A DNA stretch of 64,000 bases, taken from Vicugna vicugna (Eukaryota). Location of the stretch: positions 868,001 through 932,000 of the forward strand of contig MU059829.1 of NCBI GenBank assembly GCA_013265495.1, read 5' to 3'. Below are positions 24,566 through 63,091 of the stretch, piece after piece. Each line of letters starts with the position of its first letter. Position 1 is the stretch's first letter. Under the pieces are notes generated by a model. It saw nothing but the letters and a program-made list of their open reading frames with translations. It ran no database searches and had not been told where the DNA came from. The translations under genes were made by a program, and so were the position numbers.

Positions 24566-25599
24566 GTGTATTGGTTTTTAATTATAATGTACATTCTGCC
24601 ATGACAGGAGACAGCAGGAAAGAACACAAATATAGAAATCAATTACCCAGCTGAGATTAAAAGCAACTCACTTCCTTTTATGAGGGAGACGGCATAAGTA
24701 ATGAATGACAGGACAGGAATTCTGTAAATCTTGTGGTGGAAAGTATCCACCCAAAATTATCTATTTCATTTGTGAAATAGTTTACACACAATTTGACGAA
24801 TGTGAGTGAAAAGTGTGAGTCCTCAGAGACTGAGTGGTAATAGCGAAGGTTGAAATACTCTTTTTTCAAATCGAAGTATAGTTGATCTACCTTAATATTT
24901 TGGTTTCAGGTGAAATGAAATAAATACTCTTTAATGAGCATGGGCAATGGAACTGAAATGCCTGGCATAATAGGATTTTTAGGCATTTTATGACAAATAA
25001 CCTACATGTCCTCAGATATAGTGAAATATTACGCCCTCTGGTTTAAGTGTTTCCATTTTGGAACCAGGAATTTGTAGCTTAGAGAGCCATCTCCACAACC
25101 ATGAGATTTCCTCTCAAAGGTGAAAGTCAACTGTGAATGACCCGGAAGTAAAATTATTCACTGTATTTTACTACATTGGAGCATTGTGTGATTCCCCCAC
25201 TAACCAAGAAATAAAGTATAAAATTGTCTTCCCATTTTTTTTGCATAGTCAGTAAATTCCTAACATGTTCTTGGAAGTACTACGTGGCCAGTGCAAGTTC
25301 TTCGTTCCATTAATATACCTTATTTTGTCACCTCAGTATTTATATTTCAGATTTTCATTGTTCCTCACCTTTTATTTTTAATTCCATATTTCTCTCAGGG
25401 AATTCCAGCTTCCTTTCCACAGAATCCCATTGTGTCTGACACCCTGCTTATTGGGAATACCTAGAATGTTTCCCAGTACCCAGGAGGCACTCAGAATGGA
25501 GACAGGGATGGGTGTGTCTTTTCACCATCCCTCAGTAATGTCTTTACATCTCTGCGCTCCAACTTTGTGTGGGGGCTGCAATTGTGTATTAGTCTGGAA

Positions 25600-25878
25600 A
25601 AATCCAATCAAACTGAACAGGGCGTGTCTCCCGGGCTGAAACCCTACTGGACAGTTGCATCCATCGATGCAGGGTGTATCCCTGGAACATAGCCCAGATT
25701 GGATTATAAACCATCTCCCAGGTATAAAGGAGCTCAAACAGACATGCAATGCGTTGGCCCCAAGAAGAAGAAACTGGACAGTCTGGGACATTGGAGGACA
25801 AGAAATTAGCTGCTGCTTGCTGTGGAACTTGCCTCAGAATCTACTTGGCTTCACTGGCTCCTCCAATTTTGGGTTCTG
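25600..25878 (+). promoter_or_regulatory. Putative promoter and non-coding first exon of the ZNF gene
   Basis: CCAAT/DUX-like motifs at 25600 and 25696, GGGCGTG at 25621, TATAAA at 25723, strong donor TG|GTGAGT at 25878/25879, all upstream of the ZNF ATG exon. Confidence 0.5.
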
Positions 25879-28203
25879 GTGAGTTCTTCAGACTGGGAGC
25901 TGTGAGCTGTCTTCATTCTGTGAAAATGTTCCAAGTCCTATCTGTCTTAGACCCTGGTCCTGTCAAAGCAGCTCCTCGTGGCCTCTGAGTTCCATCGTGT
26001 CAGTGTTTCCCCATCTCCTCTTCTCGGATTCACTGTTCAAGCCCCTGTTCTTCAGTTCCAATGCTGCTGGCTTGAACGTATCTATTTATTTTAACTGCCT
26101 AACCTAAGACCCTAAACTTGTGCTGTTCAGGACAGTAACTAGCAGTCTCCTGTGACTATAAAATGTAAATGAGTGCAGTCAAATAACTAAGCTTCACATT
26201 CTGGGGACTGCTGTCAAAATTTCCAGTGGTCTGTCACCACCTGTGTGTGGCAGTTACTGCCTCGTACGATGCAGATACAGAGCCTGTCCTTCGACTAGGA
26301 AAGCGCTACTAGCACGCTGATCTACCGCTTCTGCTTCTCTTGCTGTGTTTGTAAATACTTCCTTTCTGCTTCTCTGAATTAATTTCCTCTTAGAACATCA
26401 AGTGATGTTCTTCATTTTATTTCTTAGGTGTCCTGTGATACTTATTTCAAAATAATTATCTCAAGATACAATAAACCTCTTGAGAGGTTTATTTTCATTC
26501 TTCCCAAACAGTAATATACATTAGCCTCCTCTGGTGCCTGTGGCTTGAAAGATGGACGTAGCACAGGGCTGCCAAGCTTCCATCTTCTTCCCACTTCCAG
26601 GGCTGCCCTTCTGCCTAGGCCTGGGGGTTCCCTGGATACCAAGTAGGGGTTTACATGGTCCTATTTTCAACAGAAAAAAGATTCTAAGGGGAAAACAGAA
26701 TGCTTCATCTGACTCAGAAATTTGCCTTGACGTCAAAAACCAAAGGTATTCCGTAGCCAACTTTTGATCAGTTTTCCTGGACAGTCGTTCCCCTTTGGAT
26801 TTTCCCAAAGGCTCTAGGTAATCCAATCATTGAACTGTTTCCTCGAGTGTGTCCTTAAGCGTTGTGAATTTTTCCAGATTCTTCACAAGTTAGCAGATTC
26901 TTGCATTAATCTAGGGCTTCCTCCTAATTGAAGCTGGTAACCACACGATCAGTTTGATTGTGAGAAGAGGACAGGAGAGCAGGGACTTGTGAGCAAACAT
27001 TGTCAGAGGGGATTTCTGTTTCAAGACAGATGGGATGCAGTGAGAGGACTGGCTGCCACTGTATCGAGAGGTTTCCCCTAAAACTGGGTGATAAAAATGA
27101 AGAGACATTACGATGTTTGGAAAGTGGGGTCAATACACTAGAAGCTCCCATGCGTTAGAGAATGGGTACAAGGAGTCATTTTGTGAACATGCAAGAGGAA
27201 AAAGGCTGTAATAAAAGGCAGCTTCTGATTATTAATGTTTGAGATCACATTACAGTAAACCCTAGGGAATCTTTGTTATGCAAAAAGAATTTGAGCACAG
27301 GACACCAACCAAGCAAAATTAAACACTATCTGTTCCTTATCCTAGATGTGTAACTTTGTCATATGCTGAAGTCTTTGGAACCTCTGCATGTAATTGGAAA
27401 TTTGTAAATAAACCAATTTCCTCTTAAACCTCAGACAGTCCCTGTTGCTGAGTATCCTTGGCCTGGAGGGTAGAGACAGCCCGTGGCAGCGACACCGTGA
27501 CTCGTACTTCTGCTCCTTTCTGGTGCAGGGATGCTAGGGACTAGACTGGCGGGATGGGAGCCATGGCTCCTCCCCACGGAACAAGTCCTTGAATTAACTA
27601 CATCATAAGATAGATTCTTAGTAGATTGACTTCCAAGTCCACGGGAGACATCCCTAAAAGTCAGGGTTGAGGGAGAGCTGGAAGGGAGTGAGGTTCCAGA
27701 AGGCTGCCAGGGGTGTTGGAGAACCACTGTTGGTTTCCTAAGGCAGAAGTGATCTGAGGAATTCCACAGTGTTTACCCACCGGAGAGAACCTAAAACTGC
27801 ATGTGCCACGAGTCAAGTTTCCCTAGGTTTTGAATTAGGGAGGACACTGAATAATTCTGGATGCCACAGGAGAGTTAACAAACAAAAGTGGATGCCTAGC
27901 ACCTTCTTACTTGTAAGGTGTCTGTACGTTGAGTTTCTGCATGAGTAACTACAGCCTCAGCTGTCTCACATGTGACTGTGGGGGAGGAGAGACTGCGTGT
28001 TATTCTTAGGATGCACCCCTTGTTTCTGTTTGGAGGGTGGGGGTCCCTCCCAGATGAAGGTCTGGGGCTTCATTTCAGGTGGGTCTGAGAGCTGCAAACG
28101 GGGCTGGAGTCTCATGACTGTTCTTCATCCTCAGATTTGACTGCTTGGTGCTTCGATTGGCTGTGAGTGACCCAGAGAACGACTCCTGGAAACAGTTCTG
28201 ACA

Positions 28204-32827
<4,624 letters not shown>

Positions 32828-33414
32828 CCCACGCGGACGCGCTCAGGCATCGGCCCCCTCAGTCAGGACAGGCATGCGCGCGTGGCAGCGGCTCCGCGTG
32901 CCCACGAGTGACTGAACGCAGCGCAGGTGTCCGCAGCACCAGCTCTCGACCCTGAAGAACCCAGGCGGCTTGAGCAGAGGCGAGCCCCTAGTTCCTCTTT
33001 GACACTTACTGTTAAGCGTGAGCAGACTGCACATGCAGCACCAGGAGGCCTGTAATCTCTCTGCAGGGGCATTCAGCCAAGCGCCAGGACTGATGAGCGC
33101 GAGAAACTCAGTGGAAGAGGAAACACTAAAGGTGACAACTGTGAAATACCAAAGCAAGCCGAGGAGCATCGACGCGTACTTGTAAATAATTCAGCCTGAA
33201 GAAGTGTAAACCCTGAGAAATACTTCACTCACAGAGCGACCCCTCCGGCACGTGTGAGGATCCAGACTGCACAAAAGCCCCTCAGTGTCCTGAAGGAAGG
33301 GACGTCTTCAGCGGTCACTTATTTCCTGGTCAACATAAAACGCTCACGTGGAGGCTGTAGCAATCTTAAACCAGAATGGAACTAGAGATCGATTTCATGT
33401 CAGAAATAAATCAG

Positions 33415-33420
33415 TATGTA
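33415..33420 (+). terminator. Candidate ZNF polyadenylation signal
   Basis: AATAAA about 590 nt after the stop codon, following decayed finger remnants. Confidence 0.45.
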
Positions 33421-35651
33421 GGAGCAGCGGGGCGAGCCTCTAAAAGAAGCCTTCAACACACAATTAGGCAACTTATGATTTGGGGGAAACACCAACTTAT
33501 AAACACGTGGCATAAAATGGAGAATGAATTGATCTAGCCATATGGAATGCAGAATTTTGTAAGAAATCAAAATTTGTAAATGGAGTAATAGTTGCAAATA
33601 TTCAAACAATGAAGTCCATTGATATAGAAGCTAAATGTTGGTGTCCAGTTTTCTTTGCCCCTCTAAACACAGGCATTCAGTTCTACACTCGGCATGTGGG
33701 GAGAGATTCAGCCCCAGACTCAGTCACCCTTTCTCAACAGCTCTTTCCACCCAACTTAGCTCCACTCTCTCCAACATCCACCCCTCCAACCCCATCTGTC
33801 CCCATCAGGCCCTGGTGGTGACACAGCTGTGAGCTTCGCCTCCACTTGCCAGGTTTCCCCAAATGTCATGGCGCTGGTCTGGCAAGGTCATGGGGGAAGT
33901 ATAAAAGTCATCTAGTCCAAAGTTTTGGTGGCCCCTCAGCCTATGTCTCTGTAGATGGAAACAACCTGGGGCCAGAGGGACATTCTTAGTTGAAACATGT
34001 TTCACCTTATTAACTAGGCAAAAATGGGACACTGAAGATGAAAGATTCAGAAAACAATTCAGTTCAGGGGAACCATTGTCCCCAAACACACACCTGTCCC
34101 TGAGGCTCCACAAGGGGGACGCTTCCAAATTCACCCAAATGCTGGACCTAGAAAGGGAGACTCCTTGAAACCAAGATGCCAGAAGCACCAATATCCGCCT
34201 GGGTAATTTTTCTCCACTAATATAATAGTGTCATTTTAGGTCACAAGTTGCCACAAATCTGGGCACCAGGCTGGTTCTGAGAGTGCCTAAAAGCAACCAG
34301 GTGGACGGTCAAAAGGCTGAGATGTAGGGTCAGGTGCCCACACTTTAGTCATACAGGATTCCCCAACTCCAAGATTTCTGCACGACCCCTTCCTCCTGAC
34401 CCATCATCATCTATTTCACCCCATGGCTGTGATTTGGGGTGGGAACCACTATTTTCTGAGCTGAGGATATTCTCCTGGGACAATAAACCCCTTTCTCTAT
34501 GACATTTTCTATCTTTCCTTCCAATAACTCACCCATAGCTTCAAGGCAGGAGACACTGACTGTACCTCTTATTTAAACTGTCCGCTGCTGTCCCAGGAGA
34601 AAGACCCTCTTCTGAACTTTTAAATCACTGGATTCTCTTTTCAACATATGAAAATGGAATATATGTTTATGCCTCAAATAATACCTCAGAACTAGGGGAA
34701 ACATTTTTTTCTAAAACTTGAAATGCTGAGGGGAGTAAAGAATAGCAGAATGATTCTTCCTTTACTCCCAACCCCAATTTCTGTACGTGATTCAATTTCA
34801 TATTCCTTTTCTAGTGGGTGAGAGTCCTGCTCCCAACGTGTACACATTGTGACATACTCCTTCTGCAGGACAACCAGGAGAAGGAGGATCTGGGGACTGG
34901 AAGTCAATAAAAGGGGAGATTGTAGAGGCAAGAGAGAGTGGGACTTTTGGCAATGAGGTTTTGTGGAAAGTGAAGCTGAAGGTATGGAAACCCAGACTGC
35001 AAACCTGTTTCCCTGTATTGATTTAGAGGGAAGAGACTTGAAGGGTTTACAGGGCATTTGACCATCTGTATCACAGAGCTGAGACTCTGAAATGGGGACA
35101 GACCTAGAAGATCAGAATTCATAGTTCTGATGAGAAAACCAGAAATGAGAAGTGAGTGGGAAGCTGGCCGTGAGGAGGAGAGGGAAGCCTCTTAGGACAA
35201 ATAAACATTACCTTCGATGAAATGAAGCATTTTATAAGAATCATATGGAAACTGTAGGGAATAACCAAAGATGTCTGATTTTGCAGTTTATTTTGGTAAA
35301 TGGAAAATAATCATGAGTTTTGTAGCTTCACTTGATTTATAGGTTCCTCTAGGTCATGCAACCCTATTTTTTTCCCCTTCAAGATGGTAAGTTCTTCAAC
35401 TGTGACTTTCTCCACTGCAGGGATTTGGTAGGGAAGGAGGGAGTGCTCCACCTCGCTAAACCAGTGGGATCAGAGCAGCAAGATCCTTTGGAAGTGGCAA
35501 ATCTCTGCCCCAGGGATGGAGACAGAAAACTCCCCCAAAATAAAAAGGAGGGATAGTTTGGTTAATTGCTCACTTTAAAAGTTAAAGACCCCAACTTCAT
35601 CACTGGCATCACCATGTCTAAATACCACTTCTTCCTTAAATTATACAGTAA

Positions 35652-35691
35652 GTAGGTAGGTAGGTAGGTAGATTAGATAGATAGATAGACT

Positions 35692-35723
<32 letters not shown>
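35652..35723. repeat. Compound tetranucleotide microsatellite (TAGG)n(TAGA)n(CAGA)n
   Basis: Directly visible. Confidence 0.95.
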
Positions 35724-35724
<1 letters not shown>

Positions 35725-36368
35725 TATCCTGCGAGGTTTTCCAGCGAGCAGTTTTACTTCTTGCACATTGGAATCTTGATTAACACGCAAGCCCCTGTGC
35801 AAAAAAAAACCTTTTGTGGAAACAGATTGCAGTGGATTCGAGGGTGAGATACAGGGAAAGATGCCAGTTAACATCTCCTGCAAGATTTCGGAAAGACTAA
35901 TTTATGGCTCTAATCCAACTCCTTCCATTGACGTACATGTGCTCTCTGACTAGTGGCTAACCCGAGTGCCTTTCAGCCGCACCAGAGGCGGTGGCCAGTT
36001 TAACCACCTCCTGTCCAACCCAGCTGTGGTCCCAAGACTCATAGTACTTTCCGAAGGCCCGTTATAAAGTTGAGGAACTGCAGAGAAACCGCTTCTGCGC
36101 AAATCAAGAGGCCGGGTCTAACCCGTACTTTCCCTGCTTAGGATTCAGAAAACTCAACACTGCCTGCCTCCCTCCCCCCTCCCCTCTAAGCCACTCAGGA
36201 TAAACCAGAATGAGACACCTCACGCCTTAACGGCTCAGCCAAAAAGCATCCTGCAGTCGGGTCTCCGGCCGGAAACCTCCCCGACTCGGGGCGGCGGGAG
36301 GGGAAGGGGCGGGGGCCCGGGAGGCGGGCCGGTGGCGCGAGGCGCGGGCCGCGGGGCCGGCGCGGAGG

Positions 36369-57238
<20,870 letters not shown>

Positions 57239-58599
57239 CCAGTCACAGGGGAGCAAGAAGCGGGCCAGCGGATCAGGCTGGTCACTGGTGTCGGGACAGG
57301 AGGCATCACACTTCTGACACGTCCACCTGAGCCCACCACCACCCCTCCAGACCTCTACTCGCACAGCCAGAGATGAGGGCAGCCCCAGGCTAGATGCCTT
57401 CCCAGATCGCCTGCCGACACCACGCCCCACGCCTATGCATGGAGCCTTCTCCAACAGTGTGGGAGGTGGAAGGAAGGCTTCAATCAGTATCAGCTGCTTC
57501 TGTTTACAAACTACGTGTTCCTTTTCTCCCTCCTGTGGTTTCTAGGAAACTCAAAGGTAAAACCCAAAGTCCTATTTTATTCTGGGTTCTTGTTACAGCT
57601 AGCTTCTTCTGACACTGATTTTATTAACTTCTCTGTTTGAAAATGCATTTTAACTACATTATTTTATGAAATCTCATGATAAGGTAATGCAAGCCCTGTC
57701 TGGAAGTAGAGGAGAAATGTGTACTTATAGTATCACTGTAAACAAAAACGCAGGTGTCATTCTGAGGTTCCCTTGTCTCTTTGGCAGAACTTGACTGATA
57801 TTCTGTAAAACCCACAGTCCTTCCTGCAGGCTGGCCTGCCAGCAGTTATTAGTCAGAGCCCTCTTCTCCACTACTGGCTTCAGACTCTGTCCCCTTTATT
57901 TCCAAGCTCGGATCCCTCCTCCATTCAGTGTGAGACTGTGATGTAAGCTCAGCCAACAAGGGAATTAGTGCCCCTTACCCCTTTGCTCTGTTTCTTTCTA
58001 ACTCTTCTCCTTAAAGATGTTATTTGTAGATAGTTATTTCCATCATTTTCAAGCCTTCCTTTATAGCTGGTTAAAGAGGTCCAATCAGAAACTATCGAAG
58101 CAAAAGACAGGGCACCTGGGGGGCAACCTGCTTGGTGCTGGTGCTTTTTACCTTTTCCAAACACCTCTGGGATCCAGGACAGTGTCTGAGCCTCAATAAG
58201 GAAGTGAAGAGTAACTCAGCTTAGCTCACACGTGGTAAGAGCTTGTACGTTTTCTGCCCTAAGCTTTCAGATCATCAGCAACCCTGCTGCCAACCACATA
58301 AACCAACCTGAGATAGCAAATGAGTGGCTAAGCACCTTTGTTAACAACAGGTAAACGCGAAGTACAGAGAGTTAATTAACAGGACAAAAGATGGCCCACA
58401 GTTACTGACTGTGCTATTATATTACAGCACACTCGTTCCTCCACAGCCTCTCATCCAACCAGGAGCCTGGGCCTATACATTGATTCCTAACAGACCCCCA
58501 CCCCGTGCTCATCCTCCAAGACTCAGCTCAAACTCGGCCTCTCCAGAGCCTTCCCTAGCCTTGCCTGCCCCCGGCTGTACTCCACAGTTCCCTGCCCTC

Positions 58600-58740
58600 T
58601 AGTGACCTCTTCCTAAACTCGAATGAGCCCTTGCACCAAAGGCTAATTAAGAGTTGCAAATCCCGACCTGTGTAGCTCCAGGGCCCAGCACAGTACCTGG
58701 CACACAGCAGGCACTGGGACACTGGGAGGAGCTCACTCAT
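58600..58740 (+). mobile_element. L2 3' end fragment
   Basis: ctccagggcccagcacagtacctggcacacagcaggcact. Confidence 0.65.
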
Positions 58741-58779
58741 CAGTCATGACTGAGTCACGAGGTGCGGCTTTACAGCAGG

Positions 58780-58910
58780 TCTAGTCCTCACAGGCAGCTG
58801 TAACCAGATGCCATAACCTGGGGGCTAAAACAGAAGACATTTCTTTCTCATAGTTCTCAAAGTCAGAAGTCCAACATGAAGGGACTTCAAGGACTTCCCA
58901 GCTCTCTTTT
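58780..58910 (-). mobile_element. MLT1 LTR fragment
   Basis: gctgtaaccagatgccataacctgggggctaaaacagaagacatttctttctcatagttctc. Confidence 0.65.
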
Positions 58911-59359
58911 AGGTCCTGACCCGAGGGCTGGGTGTGGTGTGGTGAAAACAGATTTTATTCAGAGGCCTTCTCAACAGGGGAAGAGACCTCAGTATCAAAC
59001 CCGCTGGACTCTGAACCCCATGCAGTCTCCAAAAGTGGGCTCCCCGGGTCCGGCAGCAAGGGAAGCCAGTCTTGGGCGATCTGACAGTACCCACCCAGGT
59101 CCCCAAAGCAACACCCTCGGCATCTTCCACAAGCCCTAGAGCACTTACCGCTAAGCCGAGCTGCGACGCAGCTGTTATAAATGTGTCTGCTTTTCCCTGC
59201 TTCCCTCACCCCTCACACAAGAGGAAAATAAAGGGATTTATTTTTATCTATCTAGTTTACTTACACTCTGGATTGCTGGTTAATATCTTTCCATGGCCTT
59301 AGCAGGCACAGTGACGAAATTCACTGCAAGTTCTTCTATTAATAAGCAGGAAAAATGGA

Positions 59360-59500
59360 AAAAAATGTGTAACTCTCTGGGATGATGGATGGTAATGAGA
59401 CTCACTGTGGTGATCGTTTCACAATATGTACAAATACTGAACCATCATGTTGTACCCCTGAATATAACGCAATATGTCAATTATACCTCAATAAAAAAAC
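59360..59500 (+). mobile_element. L1MA/MB 3' terminus
   Basis: ggtgatcgtttcacaatatgtacaaatactgaaccatcatgttgtacccctgaa...tgtcaattatacctcaataaaaaaa. Confidence 0.8.
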
Positions 59501-59679
59501 AAAAGAGAAGCAGAGAAACAAGAGTGGAAGCTTTACATCTCTGCCCTCCTCTGACATCAGAAGAGAGCCTAGAATGAAGACAGCTTTGAAGATCTTTTAT
59601 AACACACACAGGGTGGTCAAGGGGAAAAGAATCAGATACGACGCAATGAGACTAAGTACCTTCTTTAAAAGCAAGTGTA

Positions 59680-59960
59680 TTTGTCAGCTTTGAATGCAAA
59701 GCAAACAGCATAGCATCTCAGTGGCCTAAAACAATAAGCACCTTTCACTCAGGGGCCTGGGTGTCATCTGGGGGCTCCTGTTCAGGCTGTGGGTCAAGGT
59801 CATATGTGCTCCACATCCCAGGGTTGAGGGGCAGTGGACACGTCAGCCAGACACTCCCAGAGGGTGGCTGGAAAGGTGACCACTGCCACGCCTGCTCATG
59901 TTCCGTGACCTCAACAGGTCACACGGCCAAGCCCAAGTTCCGTGGGGTGAAGGAAGAGCA
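59680..59960 (-). mobile_element. Old MLT1K/L-like LTR fragment
   Basis: catctcagtggcctaaaacaataagc...ctcatgttccgtgacctcaacaggtcacacggccaagccc. Confidence 0.5.
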
Positions 59961-60886
59961 GTGGTCTGCCCCAGCAGGTGGAAGTCCCCCCTTCCCTCCT
60001 GTCCTGTTCTCCATCTCAGTCCTGGACTTCACAGCTGTCAAATCTACAACAGCAGAAAGAGTTAACACACATTTGCCAAAGGGATTTACTGAAATTACAA
60101 ATCCAGAGACAGATGCAATTCTCCTCCTGAAGTCTCAGCATTTATAACTCCAAAGACGGGTGTAACATCCATGCCCTAAGGCATCTGGTTTTACAAGTCA
60201 AGAAGAGATCTGACACACATTTCCTCACCCCCTGTGCAGAGGTGTCACAGGGCTCCCTGACTCATGTTTTGGGGTCTTGTGTTGGCCACTTTTTCTAAGT
60301 TTTTATTCCATACTCCTTCCTTTCTCCCTGCCCCAGTCAGCCTACCAGTTCCTAAAAGTCAGAGGTCTTCACAGTCCTCAGAGTGAACCCAGAGGAGACC
60401 CAGAGAGCCGGCCCTGGAACAGGGTGCTGTGTGGGGACCCAGATGGGAAACCCGGCTCCCACATCAGCCCCCCAAGCTGCTCCTCTCCCACATCCTCTCC
60501 CAGTTTGCTGAGCAGTTAAGGGCCTGCAGCACAGGCCTGGAGGAGAGGGGCCCTGGCAGCCACCTTCCAGCTGACCTGCACACCAAGAACTGCCTTTTCT
60601 ATCCCCGCCTCCAGAGACCCACGGACAGATCAGCCTAAGAAACTGCTAGCCAAAGTGAGCAGCAGTGTCTTCGGTTCCTCCAGTTATATTCTGCTGTGCC
60701 GAGTGTGAGATTTCTCCATCCCTTTTGAGTCCTTCCCTGAGTCAATTCTCAAGCAAAGCCTGACAACATTCGGGTTTTTTAAGCACCACAAAGACTTTTC
60801 GTTAAAACTCACTCTGGTTGTTCAGTGTAAAATAGTCTGTTACTTTTCTGTCCTCCCAAATTTGATTTTCAATTTTTCATACTTTT

Positions 60887-60996
60887 TAAGATGACTAACT
60901 ATCCTGGTCAACCAAAGACTAGGGGTTTCCTGGGATGTGAGATTTTAGGGCTAAAACTGGATAGTCCCAGGCCAGTTGGGACAGCTGGTGACCCTG
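60887..60996. mobile_element. MER81 hAT-Blackjack DNA transposon (about 110 bp)
   Basis: Degenerate terminal inverted repeats taagatgactaact and agctggtgaccctg with internal ggggtttcctgggatgtgagattttagggctaaaactgg. Confidence 0.7.
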
Positions 60997-61799
60997 ATAC
61001 CTGTCCGCCCTGCTCGTCTTCTACTTTATGTCACAGCACAGTCAGGGAGCAGAGGAAACACGCCTTGGCTATAGCTGGGAGACCATGTGCGTTTCCTGAA
61101 GTAAGCCCCTCCACCACCAAACCCCTGTCCCTCATCAATCTTGCGAAGATCAGTATGACTAATGTCCCCCTCGCTAATCACGACTACCGCAGCCAATGTA
61201 ACGGTCAACTTTAAGCTAAACCAATGCCAGAAGAGGTCCTGCTCTGAAGTCAGAGCTATAATCCAGATTTTAAGTTAACATCTCTGAGGGAGGAAATCTC
61301 CCATGGAAAAATACCATGGAAAAACCCACAACTTTGACCACAGAGATACATTCATTATGGCAAGACTATAATTACAACACTGCCCGTCAGGGTTTCCATT
61401 ATAAATGGGGTCTAAATCTTGGTGGAACACAATTCTTTCCAGCTGGAGCAAACCACGGACAGGTTTCCAGCCCACTGGGGATTTGTCTGATTTGTTTACA
61501 AATTGGCAAGGCTATGGGTGGGGGAAGGAAAAGAGGGGAGAAGAATAAACAATATGGATTTTTGTTCTTAGTGTGTCCTTTAAACTGAAACTAAAAGACA
61601 CAGACCAACAAAAAAATAACTCATTGAGGTCAATTAGGGATGTCATCAAGATCTGAGAATTTTGGATTTAAAGACACATTTTGTCTTTTACTTTAAAAGA
61701 AGGAACACTCGATAAATGAATACAGATTTGCTTTTTTTTTTTCTTATACGTGAAATTTGATCAACCATGGAAGAGATGAGCTTTGGCTCACCGTGCCCT

Positions 61800-61925
61800 T
61801 GAGGGAAGCAGTGTGATGGGAGACTGGGTGGGACTAGACCTGGGTCCTCCTCTGGCTGTTTCCGGCTACTCTCTGATCACTTCTTTCTGACCTCAGGTTC
61901 CTCTTCTGTGAATCAGGGATACTGT
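61800..61925 (+). mobile_element. MIR SINE fragment
   Basis: ggactagacctgggtcct...tctctgatcacttctttctgacctcaggttcctcttctgtgaa. Confidence 0.55.
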
Positions 61926-63091
61926 TAGTCAGTCTGGCTAGTTTATAGAGTTACTTGTGTATGACCACAAGGCAATGGAGATGAACTGTGTTACCCAAGG
62001 GGCAGAGTTCTTCTGTTTGCTCGTCCCAGCCGCCCCCCAAAGAGGGTGGAGTCTGAGAGTCACTCCATGCAGTTGGGGGGCTGCTGTTCCCAAGGCCATG
62101 GAATAAGGGAGACACCACCACCCCTGGGATACTGACTTACCCCAGAGCAAGTGCATCCTGGATCCTGATGGGGGTTCAAGCTTGTTTTTACTAAAAAGTT
62201 TTACAGTAATTGCTCCAAAGCCATAAACTCACTTCGGGGCATCTTGCCACAGTCTTGTGACCTTGTAAGGCATAAGGAGCAAAAACCTCCTCCATGGAGT
62301 CCAGCAGGGAGAGGGGGTGAGGGCAGAGACCCTTCTCAGGCCTTGCAAGCTCACAGGGTGATGGTCAGGACCTACGATAAAATGGCCCTTATGAAACGAC
62401 TAACAAACCAAACAGGAATTACAAAAATGTTAGGTCCCAGCCTTCCCCTCTTATAACCCCAGAACTTCTAGGAATGCTGGAGGGAACGAGATTGATTCTG
62501 GTTGCCGATCACGTGTTTGCTTTAAGTGACAGCTGTTGCAAAACAAATGATAGAAAGTTTTCCTTAGATATTCAGACCCCACTTTCCTTTCTCAAACGTC
62601 TAAAGAATTTGGAGGTCAATATTTTTTCCCCAGCAGTCAGGAAGTAATGTGATTAATCTGAGTAATGGAGCTAGGTGGACAAAGGTCCAAGCTGCATTTT
62701 GTAAGGTTACAAAAACTTTCAGGATTTTGAGTCATTTATTTTAAATAACATCAGCTAAAAGCTTAATCTGGCCTAGTTTTGACTTGGGTTTGAAATACAT
62801 GGCCAACCGCCTTCTTTTCTCACTTAATTGATGACAAAGTTTAGCCATAATTCTAAGTTGCAAAAAGCTCATTCTTAGTAGAGCTCCACATCCCACGGAC
62901 ATTTTAAGGCATTAAGTGTCTGACGATCTTGCTGACTTTTGCAGTGAAGACGTGCTGTGGGGGCTATTTCCATAGGTGTATGTTGTGGTGTTAAGCATAC
63001 TTCACATCGTGTTTTGTTCTCAGAGCGAACGGGGCCGCAGATGGAGGACTCAAGCTGCACACTGGCTCCGCGCACAGGCAGGGCTGCGTGA

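Noticed and set aside
25744-25809. Short ORF MQCVGPKKKKL... with an NLS-like motif
   Set aside because: 21 codons, and the ATG lies upstream of the TSS predicted from the TATA at 25723.
33800-35600. Unique-looking sequence between the ZNF and XKR5, checked for OR7E-like or defensin remnants
   Set aside because: No olfactory-receptor or cysteine-motif signal recognised.
59227-59232. AATAAA as the XKR5 polyadenylation signal
   Set aside because: One of several candidates 2 kb downstream; cannot be assigned without transcript data.
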